Assembly (NCBI RefSeq): GCF_001194135.2
Contig: NC_068990.1
Span: forward strand, 91,708,899-91,771,961
Direction of reading: 5' to 3'
Source of the DNA: Octopus bimaculoides
Lineage: Eukaryota
DNA length: 63,063 nt
Below the pieces are notes generated by a model. That model was not told the DNA's origin. It saw only the letters and a list, made by a program, of their open reading frames with translations, and did no database searches. Shown here in pieces: positions 1 through 11,934 of this stretch (positions within the stretch are counted from its first letter, which is position 1; every line of letters begins with the position of its first letter). Position numbers and translations under genes: made by a program.

Positions 1-195
1 ACGCACATACACGTTCTGTTATCACACACACACTCGCAGACTTTCGCACACGCACAGATATTCCTCTCCCTTTTTCACTCTCCTATCTTAGAAAGAACTT
101 TTCCCCCACCACCTCCTCTTCCGGTCTTTTCATAATGTAACCTGGTGGGCATCGGTACCATTTTCCTCTTTCTTCGTTCTTCCATTCTCCGAACT

Positions 196-328
196 TTCCA
201 TCTTTCCGACGAAGGGCTACGCCCGAAACGTCATACAGTCTCTCTTTCCTTCCTGAGCGTCCAATAATACTATCCACATCACGTCCTCACTTTGTTGTTT
301 TTTTGTTTCTTTGTTATTGTTTTTTGAA
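196..328 (+). mobile_element. Short hammerhead-bearing dispersed repeat (Penelope-terminus/retrozyme-like), diverged subfamily
   Basis: Shares GAGCGTC..TAATAC downstream sequence with the copies at 3.5, 10.7 and 30.0 kb; ends in (TA)n at about 329. Confidence 0.5.
202..236 (+). ncRNA. Minimal type-I hammerhead-ribozyme-like motif (U4C core variant)
   Basis: CTTT-CCGACGA-A-GGGC(TAC)GCCC-GAAACGTC-ATAC: core, 4-bp stem II, palindromic ACGT helix III and a GUC site. The 3' strand of stem I is degenerate. Confidence 0.45.
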
Positions 329-419
329 CTATATATATATATATATATACACATGTATATATATGTGTGTGTATGTAATATATGTATATATATGCATACG
401 TATGTATGTATATATACAT

Positions 420-547
420 ACGACGGGCTTCTTTCAGTCTCAGCCTACCAAATCCACTCACAAGGCTTTGGTCGGCACGAGGCTATTGTAGAAAGACACT
501 TGCCCAAGTGGTTGAGAAGCAAGCTTCTTACCACACAGCCATTCCTG
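420..547 (-). mobile_element. tRNA-derived SINE family B (CORE-like), internally deleted
   Basis: CGACGGGCTTCTTTCAG...CACAAGGCTTTGGTCGG...CACTTGCCCAAG...CTTACCACACAGCC matches more than 10 other copies in the window; the B-box segment is missing. Confidence 0.85.
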
Positions 548-929
548 ACCTGCAGAATTATGAAATCCAAATTTGACTTCGGTGCGATTTTTAACGTATA
601 ACCTGTCCCACAGAAACCATGACGTAACACTGAGCGATGTCAGTCGAATAAAACTGAGAGCGAGGCTCAGCGCGTTCTCCGTGTCATATACAGTCTCATC
701 CCGCCTACAAGATATTGCTCAGCGTATTTCATAACAACGTTTCATTTACTTCAGAACCCTGTTCGCTTTTGTTATTTATGTTTTTGTTTTTTTGTTTTTA
801 TATATTGGCGAAAGACCAGAAAATCTTTTGTTACATTGGGTGTGTGGGTGGAGTATATCGATTTAATCGATTTTAACTGACTGCATTATTCAATTGATCC
901 TACTTCATACACACATACATACATACAAA

Positions 930-965
<36 letters not shown>

Positions 966-2659
966 ACACACATACATATATATGCGTATGTGTGAATAAA
1001 TATATATATTTATACACATATACATATACATGTACACATACACACATATAATGTATGTATGTATGTGTATAAGTACGAATAGGCATAAATGTATATGTGC
1101 ATGTGTATGTGTATGTGTATATATATATACACACACACGTGCATGTATACAAACGGGGAATACTAAAAAAATACAGAATTTCTGAAGTATTTTGTAGCTT
1201 CATTGATAAAAGTATACACACACACATACACATGCACATCCGCCTAGTTGCTAGGGTGTTTCCCTCGTGATCGTAAGATTTTAACCGCCAGTACGGTCAC
1301 TATGTTTCGTTTAGCAAGCACAATATTCTACTAAGTATATTAAAGGTTCATAAGTCAATACTGAATTCAANNNNNNNNNNATACATATATATGCGTATGT
1401 GTGAATAAATATATATATTTATACACATATACATATACATGTACACATACACACATATAATGTATGTATGTATGTGTATAAGTACGAATAGGCATAAATG
1501 TATATGTGCATGTGTATGTGTATATATATATACACACACACGTGCATGTATACAAACGGGGAATACTAAAAAAATACAGAATTTCTGAAGTATTTTGTAG
1601 CTTCATTGATAAAAGTATACACACACACATACACATGCACATCCGCCTAGTTGCTAGGGTGTTTCCCTCGTGATCGTAAGATTTTAACCGCCAGTACGGT
1701 CACTATGTTTCGTTTAGCAAGCACAATATTCTACTAAGTATATTAAAGGTTCATAAGTCAATACTGAATTCAACTTCATAAGTCAATACTGAATTCAACT
1801 TTTTGTGTTAGCAATGCGATACAATCACTTTTACGTTATCTCTACAGATTTTTCACAGAATTTAGAGCCACCACTGAAAGGTACGGCGTTTCGTACATGA
1901 ATACGTCTATGTAAACAATGCGATCGAAAATAGAAAAACAAGTAAAGTATATGTATATCTCAGGAGTTCCTGCTCCTTTATCACCACCGCATCCCTCCAT
2001 TAACCATCCATGATCACATTGCTTAAGTAACCACTAAAATTTAGCGTTGTAACACCACTTGATATAGCAATTTGCTTATTAAACACATTCCTGACAACTG
2101 GTGTGTATATATTTGTGTATATATTAACGTATATATTAATGGTGTGTATGTATTAATTGCTGGTAGCGACACTATTTCGTTTAGCAACCATAACATATTC
2201 TATAGAATATTTGTAGAGACAACTTTAAAATGATTGAATCGCACAGATAACACAAAAACGTAGACCACAGTATTTACTAACAAGCTTTTAATAAACTTTT
2301 TTTGTATATTATGATTGCATAACGAAATACTGTGTGCCTTACTAGCAATTAATATGTACGTACCAAGTGTCAGGAATGTGTTTAGCATGTAAAATTGCTC
2401 TATCTATTAGTGTTACATCACTAATAAAACTTCGTGGTTATTTAAGCAATGTGTTCGTGGATAGTTAACAGGTGGGATATAGTGGTAAAGAAGGAACAAC
2501 AACTCCTCAGATCTGTATATGCACCCATTGCCTAGTTTTCTGTCTTCCTTCGTTTGTTTACATAAACTTATTCATATATGAAACGTCGTTACTTTCAATG
2601 CTTGCTCTAAGTTCCATAGAATATATGTAGAGATAGCTTAAAAGGGATCGCAAGATTGT

Positions 2660-2780
2660 TTTCGATTGCAGGGCTAAATCGCTAAGAATCCATCGGTATG
2701 AAGAGCGACAAGAATTCTTGAGACAAAACAAACAGTTCGAGTCGATGACAAAGCAGTTTTATCAAGAACTAGTTTAAAAT
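2660..2780 (+). pseudogene. R4/Dong-clade LINE ORF fragment (region N-terminal to RT)
   Basis: Translates LRIHRYEERQEFLRQNKQFESMTKQFYQELV*, matching the RY..R..F.QN..F....K.FY.EL motif I recall from R4-clade ORFs. Confidence 0.5.
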
Positions 2781-3469
2781 ATAATTGAACATTGGAATCA
2801 ATGCAGTTGCAGTATTAAGAGAAGTAGAAACATTTGAAGGGGGTGTATGTAGAGCGAATGAATCACCACGTATAGGGTTGTTCAAAATAGCAATCACATG
2901 ATTGAAGAAGCATAGGAAGCCGTAGCAACTCAAGAAGCTGAGACGCCATTGAAACAGAAATGTGTAACTTAATGATGGCAGGAAATGACAGGATTCGAAA
3001 CTTCCGTTTTACAGGTTGAACCTCTTTAATTCGGCAACCTTGAAACTTGGTCATTGCCGGACTACAGAAACCGACCTTTAAGCAACCTCCACTAAAATCT
3101 CATACGTAAACATAAGCATACAGTATACTTCTTGACACAAGTGTGTTGTATGCTTATGTTTTCATGTAACTGTGTTCTAAATGGTAGAATCAAGCATAAA
3201 ACAGGAAATAATATGATATTTCCAAAGTTTTTTCCGTTTTTCTATGTAAACCTAAACAAGTCTGGCGCCTAACAGCACCGCCCCAGCGGCAGATTGGCAA
3301 ATAATGGCAGCAGCTTCAAAACGTGCCGGATTATGGAAATTGTTGGACCACAAATACCAGACCGAAAATGTTCAACATGCATTTAGCAAACACTTAAGAA
3401 ACGCTGGCAAAAATATTTTATAACATATTTAAAAGACCTAGAAAAATTATCTGACAGACCCGCTGAAGG

Positions 3470-3566
3470 TATTAGTTTGACGCTCGGGAAGGTGAGAAAG
3501 TCTTTCACGTTTCGAGCCTACGCTCTTCAACAGAAAGGAACACGAGGAAATAAACAGAGAGAGAAT
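3470..3566 (-). mobile_element. Short hammerhead-bearing dispersed repeat
   Basis: Near-identical to the reverse complement of 10715-10790 and similar to 30050-30110. Confidence 0.7.
3502..3537 (-). ncRNA. Hammerhead-like motif, CUGUUGA core, GUG at the cleavage site (probably dead copy)
   Basis: Reverse complement reads CTTT-CTGTTGA-A-GAGC(GTAG)GCTC-GAAACGT-G-AAAG. Confidence 0.4.
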
Positions 3567-3639
3567 TATGTATATACATATATATATATATATACATGAT
3601 CTCCGTGGCTGTACTACATGTTTAGTTTACATTGGTAAA

Positions 3640-3990
3640 TTTGCTACCATCTCTCACCAGACGTTTGCAATAACAGCTTCAGACTTCAGAAAGTACAAAT
3701 TTTTATTTACTCTGAATCCAAACTTCCAGCAGATCTCTCAGTGCACCATTTCCTATACTCTGCCATGTCATCTTTTACAGTCAGGTTTACGTCATCATGC
3801 TACATGAACAAACGATATAGTTGACAGTTGTGCCTCCTTTTGTCACATATCTGGCGCTAACTCGGTATTAACTGGCTTTTGTCTAATGTTGCTTGATCAA
3901 GTTTTGTTCAAACTGTTTGTTCTTACAAAGCCATAATCACAGTTTATCTGTCTCTCTCTTTAATCCTTTGTCATTTAGCCAATCCCAAAC
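3640..3990 (-). pseudogene. R4/Dong-clade LINE fragment (WxWL motif to CCHC knuckle to RHD region)
   Basis: With frameshifts the minus strand reads WDWLNDKGLKRETD..IMAL*EQ..DKSQ..ICDK..TVNYIVCSCSM..MVH*EICWKFGFRV. Confidence 0.65.
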
Positions 3991-4464
3991 ACATCTTCTG
4001 CTGTATCTTTTGTTTGCATAACAAACGGACAAATGTAACATTTTCTATCTTCTCTCTATTTTCTTGAACTATAAACAAAATGAGAAGCTGTCTTGCTGTG
4101 GTGTCACAGTTTAAATTTTAAGACAGTTTAACAGGTTGTTGTTTTTTTATTATTGTCTCGGATATTGTGAAAAATCTGTAGTATATGAATGACAGAACTG
4201 TGATTAACGACAGCGCTTCGAAATCCAAGTTCAGCTACACCTTGACGCATATAGGTTAATACATATTTCTTCAATATTTTTATTTTCTTAGTATTTTAGT
4301 ATCAAAGAAAACGAGAACATCAAATGTCCATCCCGAGCCAGAGTTCTTAAGACCGGTTTCCTTGGCTTCTCTGGCGTATGTATTCCTCATCTGGACAGAA
4401 CCCCGGTTTGTCGTACAGTTACACGTTTTTGCCAACTGAATGAGCTGGCAATGTAATATTTTGT

Positions 4465-4550
4465 TCAAGAACACAACGCATCAACCGGTAAAGAAATCGA
4501 AACCATCATCCCACGACCATGAATGCAGCACCTAACCACTAAGCCATGCA
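4465..4550 (-). mobile_element. tRNA-headed SINE family E, partial
   Basis: TTGTTCAAGAACACAACG...AATCGAAACC...CTAACCACTAAGCC is similar to 12335-12420. Confidence 0.55.
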
Positions 4551-4779
4551 CGTCTACATAGTATATTCGTATACTATATTAGTATAGAGCTGATATTTCA
4601 AGTCTGTGTTTTAAACATCCAATCTACTGTCTACAGATATCTTTTTTTTCCCCATACTTTTATCAAATAACAAAGACATAGCGATATTTTTGCTGTCACT
4701 TGCATGTAAAGATGTTATGACTAATCGTTCTCGTTTATTGCACGAAAACACACCTTATTATTCGTCTTGTATAAAATTC

Positions 4780-5330
4780 ACATCTGGACAACCAAAATTT
4801 CATTCCAGTGTTTGTGAAATGCTGTATGAGATTCAACTGTTCTTTCCTTCTTTTTTTTCTATCGTTAATATTTGATATAGTTGATATTTGGCCCATGGAG
4901 CTTCAGATTGTCTGCAAAGAAAGAATGAAAGGTATTTCTGGATTTAAAGTATCCATTTGTATATAAATTATGTGACTTGGTGTGACAACGAACTTAAAAG
5001 AAGACAAAGCGCAGTGTTGATAAACTACCTCCCTGCACAATGCCTTTTTGATTTTGCTATTGTATGATACTAGATTTTGCTTTTGGGTGTTTTGGAAGAA
5101 TCTGCTAATAATTGTATAACTTGAACTAATCTTACAACTTTGATAATCTACCTCTGGGGTTGATATACCATCAAATCTTTTCTGATAGTCCAGCCTCCCT
5201 TTAGACAAGTTTCTGTGGTTCTTTATTGTCCTTTCCTGTTCGTTGATTACTTGTCGCAGATAAAATCTTGGCCATTTTATAGACCACACATACAGCCAGC
5301 AGACTTCAACAATGCTGTTCTACTTCCTTA
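4780..5330 (-). pseudogene. R4/Dong-clade reverse transcriptase relic
   Basis: Decayed RT motifs in the correct order: RLDYQKRFD, KGIVQGGSLSTLRF, FADNLKLHG (YMDD box), FTNTGMKFWLSRC. Collinear with the 3640-3990 piece, so probably one interrupted element. Confidence 0.7.
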
Positions 5331-5342
5331 AGAACAATTTTA

Positions 5343-5379
<37 letters not shown>

Positions 5380-5499
5380 NNNNNNNNNNNNNNNNNNNNN
5401 NNNNNNNNNNNNNNNNNNNNNNNNNNNNNNNNNNNNNNNNNNNNNNNNNNNNNNNNNNNNNNNNNNNNNNNNNNNNNNNNNNNNNNNNNNNNNNNNNNN

Positions 5500-5530
<31 letters not shown>

Positions 5531-6922
5531 CAGACACCACGTCTAAATAGGTACGCACCGAGTCACACGACCATCCCTCCATTACTTAGCAACAATAAAT
5601 CTAATAGTTACTAACCGTAATATCAAATAACAGCCATTACCGCTGTTTTTGTTTATCACATCTACGGATACGGTACTGTTTTGTATTTCGAAGAATATTT
5701 TCACATTTCCAACTCTTTGATCCATTACATACGTATAGTTAGACTGTTTCCTCTCTTAACTCCATTCATTTACTATAAAGATTTTAGCTTTTAGTTTAAG
5801 TTTTTCAAATTTCAAAGTCAACTTCGTAGCTATTTATTTATTTATTATTTAGTTATTCAATTACTTTTTTGTTTTAAAATTTAAATATGTTTTGAAAAAT
5901 TTTATACTTTTTTTTTTTCGTTTTGGTTATGTGTTGTGTTGTGACGTTTTTATTTTTATTTACAATATGTCTTCCTCTTTGTTTATTATCTTACTTTGTC
6001 TGTGTGTCCCGTAGAGAACTCGAAGCAGACGACAACAACAACAACAACAATAATAATAATAACGTAATGACAGACACAAAACATACGCATGTACACACAC
6101 TCGCACAAAGATATATGTATAAATGCTTATATATACATACACATATACACATACATACAGCCAAACATATGCATAAACATACACACATCCATGTATATAT
6201 ATGTACATACATACACACACACACACAAGTTATATATGTATATATAAATATATACAAATGCAGGTATGTATCCTCTTTGTTTTATGTATGTATTGTTTCG
6301 TATTTTTTTATTTTTTCCGTAATTATTTTATTTACGCATTACGCTTTGTTTACAAAAACAAATAATAATAAAATAAACATAAAATCAAATAAATAAAAAC
6401 AACACACCCGATGCTGTCACCACTACCACCACCACCACCACCACCACCACCACTACTACAAAGAAATACAAAAGAAACAAAAAACACTGCAAAATAACAA
6501 AATAACACAGAAAAATATTTGAAAAAATGTACATACATCAACAGACAAATAAAAATTAAAATGAACACAAAAATATTCAGAAAACATAAATGAACAAACG
6601 AAAATCGAATCAAAAAAATAATACTATTGAATAAACGAATCAAAAAATGGTAAAAGTCTGACAAATGGTCAGAGAAAGTTTAAGTATACATGTACGTACG
6701 TACGTACGTACGTATGTCTGTATGTACGCGTTCAACGATGAATGCGCGTATGCATGAGTATATATTACAAGTCTGTGATTGTGTGTGGATGTGTGGGTTT
6801 CTGTGTGTATACGTGTTTGCGCTTAAGAACCTGTGTATATATTTGTGTACACGGCTGTTTTATGCACATCATAATGTATGCACTTGTATTCATTTCAGTA
6901 TGCAGGTATATATATATATTAA

Positions 6923-7326
6923 TTCTTTTACTTGTATCAGTCATTTGACTGCGGCCATGCTGGAGCACCGCCTTTAGTCGAGCAAATCGACCACAAGACT
7001 TATTCTTTCTAAGCCTAGTACTTATTCTATCGGGTTCTTTTGACGAACCGCTGTTATGGGGATGTAAACACACCAGCATCGGTTGTCAAGCCATGTTGGA
7101 GGCGGACAAACACACACACAAACATACATACACACACACACACACACATGAATATATATATACGACGGGCTTCTTTCAGTTTCCGTCTACCAAATCCACT
7201 CACAAGGCTTTCGTCGGCCCGAGGAAATACTAGAAGTTACTTGCCCGAGGTTCCACGCGGTGGGACTGAACCCGAAACCGTGTGGTTAGGAAGCAAGCTA
7301 CTTACTACACAGCCACTCCTGCGCCT
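6923..7326 (-). mobile_element. Composite SINE: family B head/CORE + (CA/TA)n + family C tail
   Basis: C part 6923-7111, microsatellite 7111-7161, B part 7162-7326. The same order recurs at four other loci. Confidence 0.85.
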
Positions 7327-7709
7327 CTGTGTGTGTGTGTGTGTGTGTGTGTGCCTGCATGTGTGTGTGTTTATATTATTCGTGATTAAGTTGAAAGCGT
7401 TTATGGAAACCTCGGTTCAAATTCAAGTGCCGCCGAAAGATATTTATATTACACGTACGTAGGTGTAGTCCAAAATATACATAGCCTGATTAAAAGATGG
7501 AATGATTACGGTTGGTTGATCTTTGTTCGTAGATCGGCTGGATTTAGGATGAATTGGGACTAAGCAACGATAAGCACTTAAAACCAGATAGTCCAAGGTA
7601 CTCTATGAAAGATATTCATTAGTTGTTAGAGTTAGACAAGTTTGATCAATAACACTTAAAATATAGATTTCTGATAAAGGCACAAGGGGACACATTTTGG
7701 GAATGGATA

Positions 7710-7851
7710 CCGTAAACCCTCGAGTATAGTTGGCCCTTGAGTATAATACGCAGGGGATTTTTAGGGGGACCTTGTGTATAATACGCACCCTTTCTCTAAC
7801 TTGAGTCAAGGAGGTCTATATAATGTCCTTGGTTAGTAAACGTATATACGG
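7710..7851. mobile_element. Possible pogo/Tc2-like MITE
   Basis: TA|CCGTAAACCCTCGAGTATAG at the left and GTATATACGG|TA at the right, with internal GTATAATACGCA repeats. TIR match is imperfect. Confidence 0.35.
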
Positions 7852-9108
7852 TAACGTCCTTTATTATTATTGTATATATAACATAATGCAAACGTGTAGC
7901 TTTTTTGTGCCTTATTACCATGCTCTTCAGCATATGATATAACCTCAAGTTTAAACATAGCTGAATAAGATCTACAATGCATTTTATGGGCATTTAATGT
8001 ATAAAATATTTTATTGGAGATTAATGTACAGGTTTAAGTCCCGTTTATAAAAACCCCAAGTAAAGACCCACAATAGTTCAAACATTTAATACTGTTATTT
8101 AATTAAGTATCTATTGTTTGCCATGGTAATGATGCAAACTGCCAATACAAACAGCAGGATGAACTATTTAGCGCTAAACTATTAAGCTCAATTCGTGCGT
8201 AATTAAGCCAGCAACACCTAGTCGAACAAACACTTCCGCGCATGCGTAATACAATAATGGTGATGTTCTTAACTGTTATATGGGAATGTAAATTGTTTTT
8301 GTTACATGTTATTCCGTGTTCTGAACACTTTTATTTTAATAAATGTTGCTTCCTGCAAGTTATGGATGATTCCTTTATGACTTCATTGCTTTCAGGCTTA
8401 GCTTAAGGTATTTTCGCGCCCAACATCACAAAATGCGTCTGAATAAACATTGCCGGACAGCAAATAGAGACTCGGATATTGCTTAGAAAATATTTTTCAT
8501 TTTTAAGCTCGTATATAGTACGCACTAGGGATTTTGACTTTTAAATTCGGGGGGAAAATGTGAATTATATTAGAAGACTTATGGTATATGCTGATTAAAC
8601 TGACCCTCGGGTAGATGAAAGCAATCCTATATTGCCCCCATCCCGTACTAACGATTATGCCCAGTTCTTCCTTCCTAGATCATCGATTTTCTGGAATCTT
8701 CTCTGTTCAGTATTTTTCCAGAACTTTCTGACTTCAGCATTTTAAACGGAATATTTAAGGCACCAAACTCACTGGTCTCTGAGAACTGCAAAGTCATGGA
8801 CACTTACTCTTTCTCCATAAACAGACAGTAAGTACAGACAAGAAAAAAAATCAATTTCCAGTTTGATTTGAACACTGAATGTAACGGAGGTAACTAAACG
8901 CTGAAATATATTTAATTCTTCGCTCTACCAATTCTGCCAAATAACTGTTTTGACGGAAGGTATATAAAAATGCAGACAGTCAATAAATTCCAAAGCGATA
9001 AAAGCAAATCAATAAAGATTGCTGAAGATGAGGAGAGATTAAATACCTGGAAGTAAGACAACGAAGTCCGGAATATTCAAAGGGTAAAAATGGCGGATGT
9101 AAAAGCGA

Positions 9109-9268
9109 AGACGTAAAAGTTAAGACGTAAATTTATAACACAGACGTAATTATGACGTAATTATTAGAAGTAGACGTTAAGATGTAAATGTAAGAGGTAG
9201 ACGTTGAGACGTAAATGTAAGAGGCAGACGTTAAGACGTAAATTTAAGAAACAATATTTAAAGACGTA
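9109..9268. repeat. Degenerate GACGT-periodic tandem repeat (about 27-bp unit at its core)
   Basis: Ten GACGT words; AGACGTT(A/G)AGA(C/T)GTAAAT(G/T)TAAGA repeated 3 times. Confidence 0.7.
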
Positions 9269-9511
9269 GCTGACAAAATAGAGTGTTAGCCTCTAGACGG
9301 CTGTTGGTCAGGCGAGAAATACAAGGCCAAATCTTGCGTAAATCACACACACACCGTCAAAACAAAGCTAGATATGTTGAATAATGTAGTTTTAGGTTCA
9401 TTCCATCTGAATTAAAGACAAGTTAGACAGGGATGGAACCTATTTTGATCACATGAATCATATTATATCGGGACTGGCAGAGTGGTTACAATAATAACAG
9501 CAATGATAAAA

Positions 9512-9513
9512 TC

Positions 9514-9578
<65 letters not shown>

Positions 9579-9730
9579 TAATAATAATAATAACAATAAT
9601 AATAATAATAACAATAATAATAATAATAACAATAATAATAATAACAATAATAATAATAATAATAATAATAACAATAATAATAACAAAAGACGACGACGAC
9701 GACGACAACAACAACAACAGCAACAACAAC
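9512..9730. repeat. (AAT)n microsatellite grading into (GAC)n/(AAC)n
   Basis: Read directly from the sequence. Confidence 0.95.
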
Positions 9731-10114
9731 GAGACAACGAGATGACTTCAAAGAAGAATGACACGAAATCAATTAGATATAAAAATAATTTGTCAGCATA
9801 AAATGAGAAAGGTAAGACGAGGTAAAAAGAGAGAGAGAAAAAAGAGAGAAAACAGAGTGAAATTAATTAAATTGAAGATGTACAAAGCAGACGTAGAGAG
9901 GCACATTGACACACATAGACGCATAGACGCACTCACAGCCAAACATAAAAACACATACAGTTAGTGTGTAAGTATATATATATATATATATAGATAGATA
10001 TATATATAGGTATACATATATATATACATATATATAATATATACATACATACATATATATTTCATATATATAGTATATATATATATATATATATATATAG
10101 TGTATATATACTGA

Positions 10115-10452
10115 TATAGCAATACGAAAATGGAGGGGGTTAATAGGTGGTATTCATCAACTTTTAGACATTATACTATGTTTATTTATTTATTTTTTAA
10201 AAGGACAACTATACCAATATACATACATGTATAACATATTAGGCTTTACATATATAATCTATAAAATATAAAATATAAATATATAAATATATATATTTTA
10301 TATTTTATATATTATATATGTAAAGCATAATATGTTATACATGTATGTTTTTTGTTATAATTGTTTTTTTTTAATAAATAACCAGACATAACATAATGTC
10401 TAAAAGTTGATGAATACCACCTCTTCATCCCCTCTATTTTCTTATTGCTATA
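10115..10452. mobile_element. Fold-back palindrome / hairpin MITE-like element
   Basis: Arms of about 160 bp are reverse complements (TATAGCAATA...AGGTGGTATTCATCAACTTTTAGACATTAT...CATACATGTATAACATATTA...), with a short AT loop and TA-rich flanks. Confidence 0.75.
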
Positions 10453-10696
10453 TATAATGATGCCGTCGGTGCGGAAACAGGATATTTTGCAATTTTTAAC
10501 GCCCTCGTAATTCTCCGTACTATTGTTCCGAACCTGTACAAGTCAATTCATCGATGGTTTATTGCTGTGAATGATTCCAAACGTGGACCAGATCCACATT
10601 AAATAAAACTTCCATCCAACAACGTGTTTCTATTATTTCATTATTTTGTCCGACCCCCGTGTATATGTGTGTGTGCTCGAAAAGCTTTTTTTATTC

Positions 10697-10845
10697 ACTC
10701 CCTCTTTATTTCTGTGTTCCTTTCTGTTGAAGAGCGTAGGCTCGAAACGTAAAAGACTTTCTCACCTACCCGAGCGTCAAACTAATACACCTGTTTGTTG
10801 TTTATACACCTGTCTTCGTCTTTCGTTTTTCTGTAAATTTCGACT
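10697..10845 (+). mobile_element. Short hammerhead-bearing dispersed repeat
   Basis: Homologous to the 3470-3566 and 29982-30140 copies; ends in (TA)n at about 10845. Confidence 0.7.
10720..10755 (+). ncRNA. Minimal type-I hammerhead-like motif, CUGUUGA core, GUA site
   Basis: CTTT-CTGTTGA-A-GAGC(GTAG)GCTC-GAAACGT-A-AAAG; stem I is CTTT/AAAG and stem II is GAGC/GCTC. Confidence 0.5.
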
Positions 10846-11745
10846 ATATATATATATATATAGGTGTGCGTTTATGTTAAACGTTCGACTTTAGAAGAAT
10901 CCTTTTAAAAGTAATATCATTTCAAACAAGTGTTCAACTCTGACCCTAAAGGACAAATGAAAATTTTCTAATTTAAAAGCAGTGTTGTTAGAATGATGTT
11001 AAAGTTCTGTGGCATCGATTTAACGATCTGTCTGGTGACCAAAGCTCAAAAGTTTTTCTCCTTTGTTTTCATTTATTCATTTACTATTCTTTGTTAAAAA
11101 AAAAACAATACTCTTAAAATGCCTCATGCACTTCGGTTAGCTTAAAAGAAGTAAACAGTTCTAGGTAACTTTTAACTGAAATAAAATTAAATGAAATAAA
11201 ATTAAATGAACATTGTTCATCTGAGGGATCGTGGAAGCGACGCGTTTGAGTGTCAGCAAGGTTATTACTTTTAGACCAGAAAATGTTCGTTTGCCCTTCG
11301 GAGGTAGACACGAATCGTTATCTAAAATAACACTTCTTTGAAAAGGACAACTCTAAAATGGCTAAAATCACATTACTTACTTCAGGTTCTCTTATATCTA
11401 TCTTTCTATACACCTGCCACAGGCACTCATACATATATACACACATAGGTATTTATATACACACGGCACACATACGCACACACACGTGCATACACACATA
11501 GAGTGAAACCCCGCTTAGTACTATTTCATTTAGCACTGATTTACCATAGTGTTCTTTATTCATGGGAATAATATATCCAGTCGGATAATTCTATATTATT
11601 ATATCAAAATATGTAATTAATCAGATATATTTATCATCATAATAATTTCATGCCAGTAAGAAATTATGATTCATATTCATCCATGTTCCCACACGAACCC
11701 AAATTCTTCAAACAACTTTGGTAGGTATCATAATTGAAAGACAGC

Positions 11746-11795
<50 letters not shown>

Positions 11796-11934
11796 AGAGC
11801 GGAAAGTTCGTCTACGCTGCAGTGGAAAAGTATGGCCCAGGCTGCAAGTGAGCAAGGATGGAAGTAATTAGAAGCTAGCAAACGCTAGGCGTGCGTGGTT
11901 TCACGAACAATTAGAAACATTATGAAAAACGCGA

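Noticed and set aside
972-1799. About 400-bp tandem duplication (972-1370 versus 1381-1773) plus a 25-bp tandem duplication at 1750-1799
   Set aside because: The copies sit on either side of a 10-N gap and differ only in microsatellite length. This is typical of overlapping contig ends or two haplotypes, not a real duplication.
4903-5289. 128-aa ORF as a novel gene
   Set aside because: It is a frameshifted piece of an R4-type reverse transcriptase, with motifs split across frames.
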